From a virus: a DNA stretch of 36,977 nt. The position numbers and the translations under genes were made by a program. Of this stretch, positions 23,304-32,141 are shown in pieces; positions within the stretch are counted from its first letter, which is position 1; every line of letters begins with the position of its first letter. Where the stretch lies: positions 1-36,977 of IMG/VR virus record IMGVR_UViG_3300023240_000005; one strand, written 5' to 3'. The notes below the pieces were generated by a model. The model had not been told where the DNA came from, did no database searches, and saw only the letters and a program-made list of their open reading frames with translations.

Positions 23304-23479
23304 AATTAGTAAACCTACCAGTTGAAATCTCATGGGGAGATAAAGAACCAGAAGCAAAAGCGGAGCCACACACGGAGGATGACGAGTTACACGATTCGGA
23401 GGATGCCACTCAGGAAGAAAAAGACCACGTCAAATCAGTTCTAGGATTCGACCTAAACGAACTTTTCAAAGATGAATAA
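23300..23479 (+). CDS. Small acidic protein, 59 aa; below the ORF-track cutoff
   Basis: ATGA-coupled to the portal stop. MKLVNLPVEISWGDKEPEAKAEPHTEDDELHDSEDATQEEKDHVKSVLGFDLNELFKDE. Confidence 0.35.
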   Translation: MKLVNLPVEISWGDKEPEAKAEPHTEDDELHDSEDATQEEKDHVKSVLGFDLNELFKDE

Positions 23480-24488
23480 CATGACAAGCACCCACCACTT
23501 CGCATCAATGGAACGCTCGATTGTCATGGTCGCCGAGGGGGTGATTCGCGCAGCGTCGCTCATCACAAAAGGCGAGGCCACGGGACATTTCGACGACAAA
23601 GGAAGGCAAGTCGTCATTGACGACGTGACCCTTGAGCAGCTTTTCAACGTCTGCAAAAAGCTCGGAAAAATCAAGGTGAAGGCCGACCACGGAAGCGGGG
23701 TCATGGCAACGGTCGGATGGGCTGACAGCTTCTGCCTCACATCCGACAAGGTTCTTGCTGACCTACACCTCTACGACTCCGAACCCTCCCGCCCCCGACT
23801 GCTTGAGATCGCAGACAAGAACCCGAATCACATCGGGATCAGCATGGAGTTCAACGGCAAGGACAAGCCGAGCGGCAAAATCTGCTTGGCGCGATGCTCC
23901 GAAGTGTTTTGCGCGGCCATCGTGAGCGACCCCGCAGCCAACAAATCTTTGTTTCAAATCCCAGAAAAGGAGGAGGAGCAAGAACCTGAAACCAAACCAA
24001 ACCAAACCAACATGGAAAACGAAGAAACCACCGAAGAGCCCACCTTGCAAGACTGCATGGCGAGGCTTGAAGAAATCGGCACGCGGTTGACGGCTCTTGA
24101 GACGCCTGCCGATGCTGACAACGAAGAAGACAAGGGACTTGAAGAAGATCCTGAAGTCGTCGCTACCGACCCCGAATCCCAGCCCGCCGAGCCTGAGAAG
24201 GTTGAGGTGGACGAGGAGAAGAAGATCGAGCTTGCCGCCAGGCGCGGGGCAGAGATGGCCATTAAGGCTTTCTCCGCAAAGCTCGGCATCACCAAGCTCG
24301 GGAAGCCTGGGGCAGCCAGCCAATCCAAGCCGACCACGAAGCACTTCGCTGAGTTCGTCGCGGATGAAGCACTTGCCAATCACGACGGCGACCAAGTCAA
24401 AGCCACGGCTCACATTCTCTCCAACAAAGCCAAGTTTGGCGATGCGTGGAAGGCATACGAGTCCCAGCGCACTGTTAAAACCGCCTAA
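23472..24488 (+). CDS. Prohead protease (HK97/S78-like) fused to an acidic scaffold-like C-terminal region
   Basis: KVKADHGSGVMATVGW (His motif) and NHIGISMEFNG (Ser motif), then a long E/D/P-rich helical tail. It lies between the portal and the capsid genes. Confidence 0.6.
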   Translation: MNNMTSTHHFASMERSIVMVAEGVIRAASLITKGEATGHFDDKGRQVVIDDVTLEQLFNVCKKLGKIKVKADHGSGVMATVGWADSFCLTSDKVLADLHLYDSEPSRPRLLEIADKNPNHIGISMEFNGKDKPSGKICLARCSEVFCAAIVSDPAANKSLFQIPEKEEEQEPETKPNQTNMENEETTEEPTLQDCMARLEEIGTRLTALETPADADNEEDKGLEEDPEVVATDPESQPAEPEKVEVDEEKKIELAARRGAEMAIKAFSAKLGITKLGKPGAASQSKPTTKHFAEFVADEALANHDGDQVKATAHILSNKAKFGDAWKAYESQRTVKTA

Positions 24489-24515
24489 CTCAAACCAACA
24501 AAAACAAATCAAATC

Positions 24516-24866
24516 ATGAGCAGCCAAAACGATAATGGCTTCAAGTCATTCCTAGCATCTGGGGCAATCTCGGCGTATCTCGTCGTGACGATCCAGTCCG
24601 ACGGAACGATTAAAGCCGCAGCCAATAACACAAAGGGCAACGGTGTCCTTCAGGAAGACGCCGCAGATGCAAATTATGCGAGCGTGAAACTCTGGTCCGC
24701 ACCAGGAACGCACATGGCCCAGATTAGCGGGTCAGCAGTCACCGCAGGGACCGCATACGGGGTCATCACTGGTGGATTCGTGGGCGTTGTCACAAACACC
24801 TACGTTACCGCGATGGAAAGCCAAGGCGACAACGACGGCGCGGTGAAAGAATTCGTGGTCAACTAA
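24516..24866 (+). CDS. Head decoration / capsid cement-like protein (DUF2190-like)
   Basis: 116 aa, Gly/Ala/Val-rich beta protein directly upstream of the major capsid gene. Confidence 0.5.
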   Translation: MSSQNDNGFKSFLASGAISAYLVVTIQSDGTIKAAANNTKGNGVLQEDAADANYASVKLWSAPGTHMAQISGSAVTAGTAYGVITGGFVGVVTNTYVTAMESQGDNDGAVKEFVVN

Positions 24867-24897
24867 GCAACCCGACAAACGATAACACACTAAAAAA

Positions 24898-25863
24898 ATG
24901 GCCTATACCAATGCACAAGCCACGCCGCGAAGCGATATTTACGCTCTCGCGATGCAGGCAAACGCCGACTTCAATCAACTCTGCATCGCTGACAAGATTT
25001 TTCCTGTCAAGGGAGAGGACGTGAAGCGCGGCATCTACATGCGGGCGAAGCTCGCTAACGCGGAACTGCTTAACGGAGACGCTAAGCCACGCGCAGCAGG
25101 AGACGGTTACAACCGAATCAACCGCAAATACGATACCGACACATACGATGCCGAGGAATACGGCCTGGAGGGAGTCATCGATGATTCCTACGAGGCCGAG
25201 ACGGAGCGGTTCATGAACCTTGAGGCCACGGAGGCCGCTCTTCTTGAGCGTTCCCTCCGCATCTCCTACGAGGTCCGAGTCGCCGCAAAGTTGATGAGTT
25301 CATCCACGTTCACCGCCACATCTGCGGCCGTAAACTACACGGAAGCCAACTTGGCTACCATCAACGTCCCCGCCGACGTGGCCGCCGCTAAACTGCGGAT
25401 GCTGAAAAACGGCCTGATTCCGAACGCAATCGTGATGAGCGCGAACGTTTACGAGCGGATCTCTCGTTCGACGTTGCTTCAAAACCAAGTGTTTGGAGTC
25501 GTCCCGAAGAGCGCGGGGCAATACCTCATTCCATCGGATGCGGACATTGCGAACGCGCTCACGGTTTCCAACATCTATGTTGGACGCGCCCCGAAGAACT
25601 CGGCCGCGAAAAACCTATCCTACTCGGGAGCGTTCATCTGGGGCGACACATACATTGCCGTTTGCCAGATCAACGGCGGCGAATACACGGCGGGCGGAGT
25701 CGGGCGGACTATCCAGTGGACCAAAGACACCACAGGACTGTTCACCCCCGAGACCTATCGCAGCGATGAGCGTCGGTCCAACATCCTCCGCGTGCGTCAG
25801 CATGTGGCGGAAAAGGTGATCGATGAAACCGCGTGCGAACTCATCACCACCAGCTACTCCTAA
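24898..25863 (+). CDS. Major capsid protein (lambda gpE-like)
   Basis: 321 aa. Supported by position in the head module, the A/C-rich leader, and the strong hairpin that follows. Confidence 0.75.
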   Translation: MAYTNAQATPRSDIYALAMQANADFNQLCIADKIFPVKGEDVKRGIYMRAKLANAELLNGDAKPRAAGDGYNRINRKYDTDTYDAEEYGLEGVIDDSYEAETERFMNLEATEAALLERSLRISYEVRVAAKLMSSSTFTATSAAVNYTEANLATINVPADVAAAKLRMLKNGLIPNAIVMSANVYERISRSTLLQNQVFGVVPKSAGQYLIPSDADIANALTVSNIYVGRAPKNSAAKNLSYSGAFIWGDTYIAVCQINGGEYTAGGVGRTIQWTKDTTGLFTPETYRSDERRSNILRVRQHVAEKVIDETACELITTSYS

Positions 25864-25878
25864 CCGATAGCGCAACCA

Positions 25879-25908
25879 TTCCCGCCCCCATCTTTCAGGG
25901 GGCGGGAA
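25879..25908 (+). terminator. Strong hairpin after the major capsid gene (terminator or attenuator)
   Basis: TTCCCGCCCCC (25879..25889) pairs perfectly with GGGGGCGGGAA (25898..25908), loop ATCTTTCA. The downstream CCTTTC is only a weak U-tract. Confidence 0.55.
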
Positions 25909-25916
25909 CCTTTCAT

Positions 25917-27410
25917 ATGAAAATCATTCTATCAGCAATTGCAGGGAACGAGGAGGCGGTCATTGAACGATTCGTCAGATCGTTTGCGCCAGCCGTGGAC
26001 GAGTTCGTTTTTGTCCGAGCCATTGGGATCCAAGAACCAGACGAGACCGTCGAGATCATCCGCCGAACGTGTTCGGAGTTGGGCAAGGTGGCCGATTTCC
26101 TGACCTACGAAAACAAGACCGAGTTTTGCCATGTGGACAATTTCGGGACGGCGCGGCAGTTGTCGCTAACAGCGGCCGCAGACGGAGCGGAAGAGGGGGA
26201 TTACATCATTTGGGCAGATGCCGACGATGTTCTCATTGACGGCGGGGCCGAGGAGATTCGGGCGGCGGCAGAATCAGGGAGCCATGAAGTTTTTCTCATG
26301 CCCTACCATGTCCGAGGGGACAAACAAGTCGTATGGCGGGAGCGGATGGTCAAGGCCGATCTAGGGGCGCAATGGGAACATGCCATCCATGAACAGATGA
26401 TTTTCCCGCGAGAAGTCTCCTACCGAATGATCCGGGGAGCGGTCATTGAGCACTCCCCACTCGACGCCAAGGCGGGGGGGCATGAGCGGAACCTTGCCAT
26501 TCTTCAATCGGAATTGCGGGACACGCCAAGGAATATGTTCTACCTCGCGCAAGAGCTTTTCCAGAACGGGAAGCTGCGGGAGTTCCGCCCGATTGCCGAG
26601 GCCGCGCTTGTCATTCCCAGCATGGACACGCTGGAGCGTTACGAGATCCTGATGCAGCTCGCCCAGACGCCAGGGACCAAGTCGAAGGATTTGGCGGCGT
26701 CAGCATTCGCCCTCATGCCAGATCGACGGGAGGCGCTGGCGCTGCTCACCAACTACGCCATCATTGACGGAGACCACGCCAAGGCGCTGAGCCTTGCCGA
26801 CGTGATGATGTCCATCCCCAAGCCGAGGAAGACATACTGGAGCTTGAACAACGAGTGGTATGGCTGGAAGGGAGATGAGCTTTTCCGCCAATGCCTCCGC
26901 CTGAATGGGAGGGAGGACGCAGCCGATGACCATTGGCAAGAATCCAACCACCCCGATCACCCGACATTTTCCATCATCCACGCCACGCTTGATCGCCCAG
27001 ATCAGGCGCTAGCAGTCCGCGAGATGTGGCTGTCCCGCGCATCCCGCCCCGAGAACGTCGATTACGTGTTCGGGATCCACAATCATGACAAGCGCAGCCT
27101 GAACGTCCTGAGTGGGATCAAGCACACCGAGACGGAACTGCTCGGATCGTCTCCGAATTGGGACGTGGCGGCGGGTGCGGCAGTTGGGGGAATCATCGTC
27201 CAGGCGTCCGATGACGGCTGGCCTCCGCAGGGATGGGATGACTCGATTCTCTCCCTAATCCCAGACGTGACGCGGCCCGTGTTTCTGGCAGGAGACGGGC
27301 ATGAGAGGACGGAGCTTCCAAACCACGCGATCATGACGAGGGCCTACATGGAGATCAATGCAGCCGTAACCCTACGAAACTCTACGCATCCAGTCGTTAA
27401 ATCCGCATGA
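25917..27410 (+). CDS. Family-2 (GT-A) glycosyltransferase with a helical repeat region and a second Rossmann-like domain
   Basis: MKIILSAIAGNEEAVIERFVRS..., DxD-type IIWADADDVL (26214..26228), a TPR-like helical middle, and a second module FSIIHATLDRPDQALAV... Confidence 0.7.
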   Translation: MKIILSAIAGNEEAVIERFVRSFAPAVDEFVFVRAIGIQEPDETVEIIRRTCSELGKVADFLTYENKTEFCHVDNFGTARQLSLTAAADGAEEGDYIIWADADDVLIDGGAEEIRAAAESGSHEVFLMPYHVRGDKQVVWRERMVKADLGAQWEHAIHEQMIFPREVSYRMIRGAVIEHSPLDAKAGGHERNLAILQSELRDTPRNMFYLAQELFQNGKLREFRPIAEAALVIPSMDTLERYEILMQLAQTPGTKSKDLAASAFALMPDRREALALLTNYAIIDGDHAKALSLADVMMSIPKPRKTYWSLNNEWYGWKGDELFRQCLRLNGREDAADDHWQESNHPDHPTFSIIHATLDRPDQALAVREMWLSRASRPENVDYVFGIHNHDKRSLNVLSGIKHTETELLGSSPNWDVAAGAAVGGIIVQASDDGWPPQGWDDSILSLIPDVTRPVFLAGDGHERTELPNHAIMTRAYMEINAAVTLRNSTHPVVKSA

Positions 27411-27742
27411 GCATGAAATCCTACATGAAAGCGGACCTGTCCGAGTTGTTCGACCGAGACATGCCTGCCGAATGCCGAATCGGAGCGCAGACCATCACCG
27501 TCTTGATCGATGACATGATGAATGACGAGATTGAGGGATTCGGAGGCCCCGAGTCAATCGAGACGCAGCGGGTCCATTTCAAGATTTCCGACAAGTCATC
27601 CATTGAGATCGGCTCGCCCCTTTCGATTCGTCAGAAGCCAGAATCGGGTGAGCCCGCCCCAAAGTGGAAAATCATGATAGTTCTTTCGTCCATCACTTCG
27701 GCAGATGGGAATGAGCTAATCGCAACCGTGAGGGCAACCTAA
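27407..27742 (+). CDS. Head-tail connector/adaptor-like protein; call based on position
   Basis: ORF of 111 aa, ATGA-coupled, in the head-to-tail gene block. Confidence 0.4.
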   Translation: MSMKSYMKADLSELFDRDMPAECRIGAQTITVLIDDMMNDEIEGFGGPESIETQRVHFKISDKSSIEIGSPLSIRQKPESGEPAPKWKIMIVLSSITSADGNELIATVRAT

Positions 27743-27744
27743 CC

Positions 27745-28203
27745 ATGATCCTCCAAGCCGCCGCCAAGTCGATTCAAACGCTCCTACAAAAGAGCGTGGA
27801 TGCGGCCGTTGGCAAAAAGAACACGGTCCATGTCTATCTGACCGACGCCGACCTGACCAAGTCCCCTATGCCGTATATCGTCATCGATTGCTCATCCTCG
27901 GAGGAGATCATCGATCCTGGGTGCGGCATCTTCAAGGTGGCTGGAAACTTGGAATTCCGCAGTTACACCAAGGCGACAAGCCCCGAGATCCGGGAAAAGA
28001 TCCTGACGGCGATCAACAGTTTTGCGTATGACGACACCGCCGAAAGGCTATCCACGATGAAGAACTTTCATTGCCACGGATGGCATCCGACAACGGGGGA
28101 GATGACCCATGACAACGACTACAAGGCGACCGTATACACGATGTCCTATTGGGTTTACTGCATGGAACTGGACGAGGCAGGAGACAACACGATTCCGCTA
28201 TGA
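27745..28203 (+). CDS. Tail completion / head-tail connector-like protein; call based on position
   Basis: ORF of 152 aa between the connector and the tail tube candidates. Confidence 0.4.
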   Translation: MILQAAAKSIQTLLQKSVDAAVGKKNTVHVYLTDADLTKSPMPYIVIDCSSSEEIIDPGCGIFKVAGNLEFRSYTKATSPEIREKILTAINSFAYDDTAERLSTMKNFHCHGWHPTTGEMTHDNDYKATVYTMSYWVYCMELDEAGDNTIPL

Positions 28204-28240
28204 AAACCGAACAAAACCAAACCACTAACTACAAAAAATC

Positions 28241-28603
28241 ATGGCCGTAATCACCATTGGAGCAACTGGGGCAGTATGGGGCCTCACCGCAGAAATCGGA
28301 CTGCTTGTGCAGACCACCACATCGAAGGACACCCGCGAGAAGAACCAAGTTCGTGACGAGCAAGGCGACTTTGCGCTGGTGAGCTTCTACAACCCGACGC
28401 AATCGCTTTCTATCTCTGGCGTCATCGCCGGGTCAACTGGGATCGCCGCCGCCGCCCCTGGGGTCGCGCTGACAGTCGCCAACGTCAACTCTACTAACGG
28501 AGTGACCACTGGCGGCATCTACACTGACGACGTGGACATCTCGAAAGGAAACACCGAGTTCAAGAAGATCACGGCAAACGCGACCCGCTACAAGTTCGCG
28601 TAA
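28241..28603 (+). CDS. Putative major tail (tube) protein
   Basis: 120-aa beta-rich protein with an A/C-rich leader, located upstream of the chaperone frameshift pair. Confidence 0.45.
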   Translation: MAVITIGATGAVWGLTAEIGLLVQTTTSKDTREKNQVRDEQGDFALVSFYNPTQSLSISGVIAGSTGIAAAAPGVALTVANVNSTNGVTTGGIYTDDVDISKGNTEFKKITANATRYKFA

Positions 28604-28613
28604 AACAAACAAT

Positions 28614-29021
28614 ATGAAATCAATCTACGTTACCGAAATAAAGCTGGCGGCAATCCTGATTGCCTTTGGAGTTCCAAGGCGGGATTCAGATCCCACCACC
28701 TGCGAAATCAGGAAGGACTCCAGGGGCAATGATTGCAAGAAATACATGTTTTGGTTTGATGTCGGGAACGGCGTTCATTCCGAGATTGCCGAGAAGACGA
28801 TTGCCGACTTTTCGGCGGCGAAGGATTGGGAGACTCTGAATCGGGACATCGAAGACCCGCTGTATTGGATGAAGGGGGTTCTTGAAAACAGGGACTCCAT
28901 TGTCCACGAAATGCACAACAACGTCGAGGCCATGCGGGTGATCGAGGTGGGAGACAAGACCATCGTCATCGGACACCGAGCAAGCCAAGGACTCAAAGAC
29001 AAAATGAAATCACTATTATGA
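28614..29021 (+). CDS. Hypothetical protein, DUF5659-like N-terminus
   Basis: MKSIYVTEIKLAAILIAFGVP....KKYMFWFD recalls the DUF5659 pattern. It is inserted between the tube and chaperone genes. Confidence 0.35.
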   Translation: MKSIYVTEIKLAAILIAFGVPRRDSDPTTCEIRKDSRGNDCKKYMFWFDVGNGVHSEIAEKTIADFSAAKDWETLNRDIEDPLYWMKGVLENRDSIVHEMHNNVEAMRVIEVGDKTIVIGHRASQGLKDKMKSLL

Positions 29022-29395
29022 AAACAGACGAACTAGACGACGGCATGTTCACGACATGGGAATTCAAGGGCGTGGAGATCAAGCCGCTTTCCTATGCGCG
29101 GAAGTGGCAGATTTCCAAGCTCGTCAATCTTGGGGACGGGACTCCCTACGACATGGCAATGGCGATCTTCCTGTTCGTTTGCAAGCAAAGCGACATCTCG
29201 AAAGGGATTCGCAACCCCGCTTACATTGACGCGAAGTTTGAAGAATGGATGAACAAGATCGAGTTGGAGTTTGACGACTTCAACGAGGGCGCTGGGAAGA
29301 TGATTGGTGAGGTAATGGCTCACTCCAACAAGAACCGAGCGTCCCCCGTTGATTCAGACGACCCGAGCCTGATGGCCGATCCGTTGGGAAACTAA
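29018..29395 (+). CDS. Tail assembly chaperone (lambda gpG analogue)
   Basis: 125 aa with an acidic C-terminus. It ends with the slippery heptamer G_GGA_AAC immediately before TAA. Confidence 0.6.
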   Translation: MKTDELDDGMFTTWEFKGVEIKPLSYARKWQISKLVNLGDGTPYDMAMAIFLFVCKQSDISKGIRNPAYIDAKFEEWMNKIELEFDDFNEGAGKMIGEVMAHSNKNRASPVDSDDPSLMADPLGN

Positions 29396-29589
29396 TAGAG
29401 CCGCCCGATGCGGCGGCATACGTTGCGTTAATTTCAAGATACACAGGATGGACCGAGCAATTCATACTTTGGGAACTCCCCCTAGCGAGGGGGAACGCCT
29501 ATTGCCACGCGTTCATGAGGATGCAAAACGTCAACACCGAGCCGCCGCAGGACAAAACCGAACTCTACAACCAGATTGATGAGATTTGA
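29018..29589 (+). CDS. Tail assembly chaperone frameshift product (gpGT analogue), join(29018..29392,29392..29589)
   Basis: The -1 frame extension reads LIEPPDAAAYVALISRYTGWTEQFILWELPLARGNAYCHAFMRMQNVNTEPPQDKTELYNQIDEI, which looks protein-like. Confidence 0.5.
29386..29392 (+). promoter_or_regulatory. -1 programmed ribosomal frameshift slippery site GGGAAAC
   Basis: Zero-frame reading is TTG GGA AAC TAA. The -1 frame is open from 29353 to the TGA at 29587..29589. The lambda G/GT site is GGGAAAG. Confidence 0.6.
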
Positions 29590-30025
29590 CCCGTCAGGAC
29601 TTGAGAGAGCGTTTGACCGCATGGAAGACGCGGCGAAGAAGCACGGCAAGACGATGGCGACCGATCAAGGGAACATGTTTCTTAAGGCCATGAAATCGGA
29701 GTCTTGGAAGATTGCGCCGACTCGCGAAACGCTAAGTGCGGTAGCGGAAAGGTTGAAGGGTCGGCTCAAGCGCAAGAAAGGCGTTACCCCAGCGAAGGAA
29801 CTCGCAAGGCGCATGAGAGCAAGGGGGACGTTTGCGCGGGGGTGGGAGATCACCAAAGTGGAGAGCGCAGGCTTTCGCATCAGGATTTGGATGGAGGACA
29901 AGGCCAAGGAATCGGGCAAAGTGGACGATGAAAAGGGCGTGTCTAACCGAGCGGAGAAGATCACTGGCAAGTCATTCAAGTCGAAGTTGGACAAGTTGGC
30001 CAGCAAAGTAACAGGACTCTTTTAA
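29579..30025 (+). CDS. Hypothetical basic protein in the tail module
   Basis: ATG at 29579; the track start at 29576 is TTG. 148 aa. Confidence 0.5.
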   Translation: MRFDPSGLERAFDRMEDAAKKHGKTMATDQGNMFLKAMKSESWKIAPTRETLSAVAERLKGRLKRKKGVTPAKELARRMRARGTFARGWEITKVESAGFRIRIWMEDKAKESGKVDDEKGVSNRAEKITGKSFKSKLDKLASKVTGLF

Positions 30026-30027
30026 CC

Positions 30028-31419
30028 ATGTCATCAGCAAAAGCCACAGGATACCTAGAGTTGAATCTAACTGGATTCGACCAAGCAATCGGCACCGCGA
30101 AAAAGGCGCTGGTCGGATTGGCGGCGGCATTCGTCACATTCAAGACGGCGAAGTATTTCACGGACGGGATTGCTGACGCGATCAAGTTTGGGAAAGAGAT
30201 GCAGGTGGCGTCTAACAAGATGGGCAAATTCGACCCGGGCACGATGTTGATCGTCCAGAAGGCATTGCAGAATGCTGGACTTGGGGCGGAGGAAGCGCGG
30301 GGAGCAATGTCTGATTTCGTGGACAGCGGGCGGGACATTTCGACCATCTTTGGTGGGGTTGCCAACTATGCGGAGGCGTTGAAAAACGCGGCAGCAGACA
30401 GCGGAGAGCAAGCGGGGGTGTTGACTCGATCCGCGAAGGCGCTGCAAACAGTCTGGAACACGGTGGAATCCATCGGATCGAAGACGAGGACATTCTTCCT
30501 GACGATGACGGAGCAGTTTGTGAAGCCGTTGCAAGTCGTTCTGGAATACATCAACACCATAGACCTATCGGGCATTGGAACGTCCTTCGGATCAGGAATC
30601 GCCCAGGGGGCTAACATCTTGATTGGACTGCTGAAAAACGGAGACTTGTGGAAAGTGATGGGGACGGGGATTCAGTGGGCATTCTGGTCGGGGATTAGCG
30701 TTTTGCAGAGTGGATTGAAGCAGGCGATTGCGTTCTTATCAGGGGCATTCAATAGCATCATCAAGAGCTTCCAAACGAACCTTTTCAGTAATGACGTCAT
30801 TGCTGTTATTAAGAGGGTGTTCCGAGGAGTCGGGGACATGATCGCTTCGGCTCTACTTAAAGCGACTTCGATGGCTCTAGGCGCAATGGGATTTGGATTT
30901 CAAGGGAAGTCCGAGAGGGTAGGACGGCAGGCCGACGTATACGGCAAAAATGCCAGTGACGCTTTCGAATCAGCGGGGAGGGTGATGGAAGGCATCGATT
31001 TTGGCAAGGTGGCAGGCGATATTGGCGACGCACTCAAGGCTGGCATGGAGGCAATGAAAAAGGCGGCAGAGGATGGAGAGTCTCCCAGCGAAAAGAAGGC
31101 GCGAGAGTCATGGGAGAAGATGGCCGACACAATCAAGGCCGCGATAGTCACCGGCGAAGATATGGGCAATAATTCTGGCAAAATCAATAAGCCTCCCGAC
31201 ATCCTGAATCAACTATCGGGAGGAGGAGGGGCGCATGTCATCGCGGACTCGCTCGCCAAGGTGGGAGGAGGCGGCAACTACCTACAAGTGGGGATGAGCC
31301 TTGCAGAGCGTGCGGCGCTTAGGACGGCGCGGGCGAGCGAGCAGACGGCAAAAGCATGCGAGGCGCTTGAGCAGCAGGGCAAAAAAGATCCGAAAACAAA
31401 ACCTGTCTTGGGGAGATAA
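30028..31419 (+). CDS. Tape measure protein (short, 463 aa)
   Basis: Helical Gly/Ala-rich protein with hydrophobic segments (LVGLAAAFVTF, GANILIGLL, WAFWSGISVL), downstream of the G/GT pair. Confidence 0.6.
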   Translation: MSSAKATGYLELNLTGFDQAIGTAKKALVGLAAAFVTFKTAKYFTDGIADAIKFGKEMQVASNKMGKFDPGTMLIVQKALQNAGLGAEEARGAMSDFVDSGRDISTIFGGVANYAEALKNAAADSGEQAGVLTRSAKALQTVWNTVESIGSKTRTFFLTMTEQFVKPLQVVLEYINTIDLSGIGTSFGSGIAQGANILIGLLKNGDLWKVMGTGIQWAFWSGISVLQSGLKQAIAFLSGAFNSIIKSFQTNLFSNDVIAVIKRVFRGVGDMIASALLKATSMALGAMGFGFQGKSERVGRQADVYGKNASDAFESAGRVMEGIDFGKVAGDIGDALKAGMEAMKKAAEDGESPSEKKARESWEKMADTIKAAIVTGEDMGNNSGKINKPPDILNQLSGGGGAHVIADSLAKVGGGGNYLQVGMSLAERAALRTARASEQTAKACEALEQQGKKDPKTKPVLGR

Positions 31420-31421
31420 TC

Positions 31422-32141
31422 ATGGCCACAATCAAAATCGGGAACGTCACAGGCGCAATCTATCAGGCGGAGCAGCCGATCCACCTGAACCCAGACGGGA
31501 GCGCCACGGCATCGATCACCTACAAGTGCGCGGAGGAAAGCAGCTTTGCGGTGATTCCCGCGTATCTGACGAATCACCCTTACCTTCCGAACCTCAAGGC
31601 GTTTGAGTCGGACCTTGATCGGGAGCCGGGGGGCATCATCCGAATCACCACGATATACAAGGGAGTTTTGGCGTCGAATCCCGAGGCGCTTGCCCAGCAT
31701 GATTTCGCGCGGACATCTTCGCAGGAGCCCATCGAATCACACCCGCTCTTTTCGTTGCCGAGGGATAATCCTCCCGTGTCAGTGTCCGAGATCAATACCA
31801 TTGAGCTTGCCTTGCAAAATAACGAAGACCCCGTGAGCTCGCTGGGAGACAAGGCAACGGTGCTCTATGAAAAGAAGCGCCGAGGGATTGAATCCTACAT
31901 GCGGCCAGGTAGCATTTATCGGAAAACCTATGCCTCTGCGAGCATCCCTCCCGCGTCACTCCTAAATGATGTAGGCAAAAGGAAATCGCCGGGGAGTCCC
32001 GCCCCCGCCGCGCCAACGGGGCAGTCGTATCTTTTCGTGGGCCTAACTTGGAGCAAAGCGGCAGGGGTGGTCAGCATCTCCGAAGAATATCAACTCTCAG
32101 GATTGGGGGATTGGGATCAAGACCTTTACGAATCAGCCTAA
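31422..32141 (+). CDS. Tail tip / distal tail protein candidate
   Basis: ORF of 239 aa directly after the tape measure gene. Confidence 0.4.
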   Translation: MATIKIGNVTGAIYQAEQPIHLNPDGSATASITYKCAEESSFAVIPAYLTNHPYLPNLKAFESDLDREPGGIIRITTIYKGVLASNPEALAQHDFARTSSQEPIESHPLFSLPRDNPPVSVSEINTIELALQNNEDPVSSLGDKATVLYEKKRRGIESYMRPGSIYRKTYASASIPPASLLNDVGKRKSPGSPAPAAPTGQSYLFVGLTWSKAAGVVSISEEYQLSGLGDWDQDLYESA

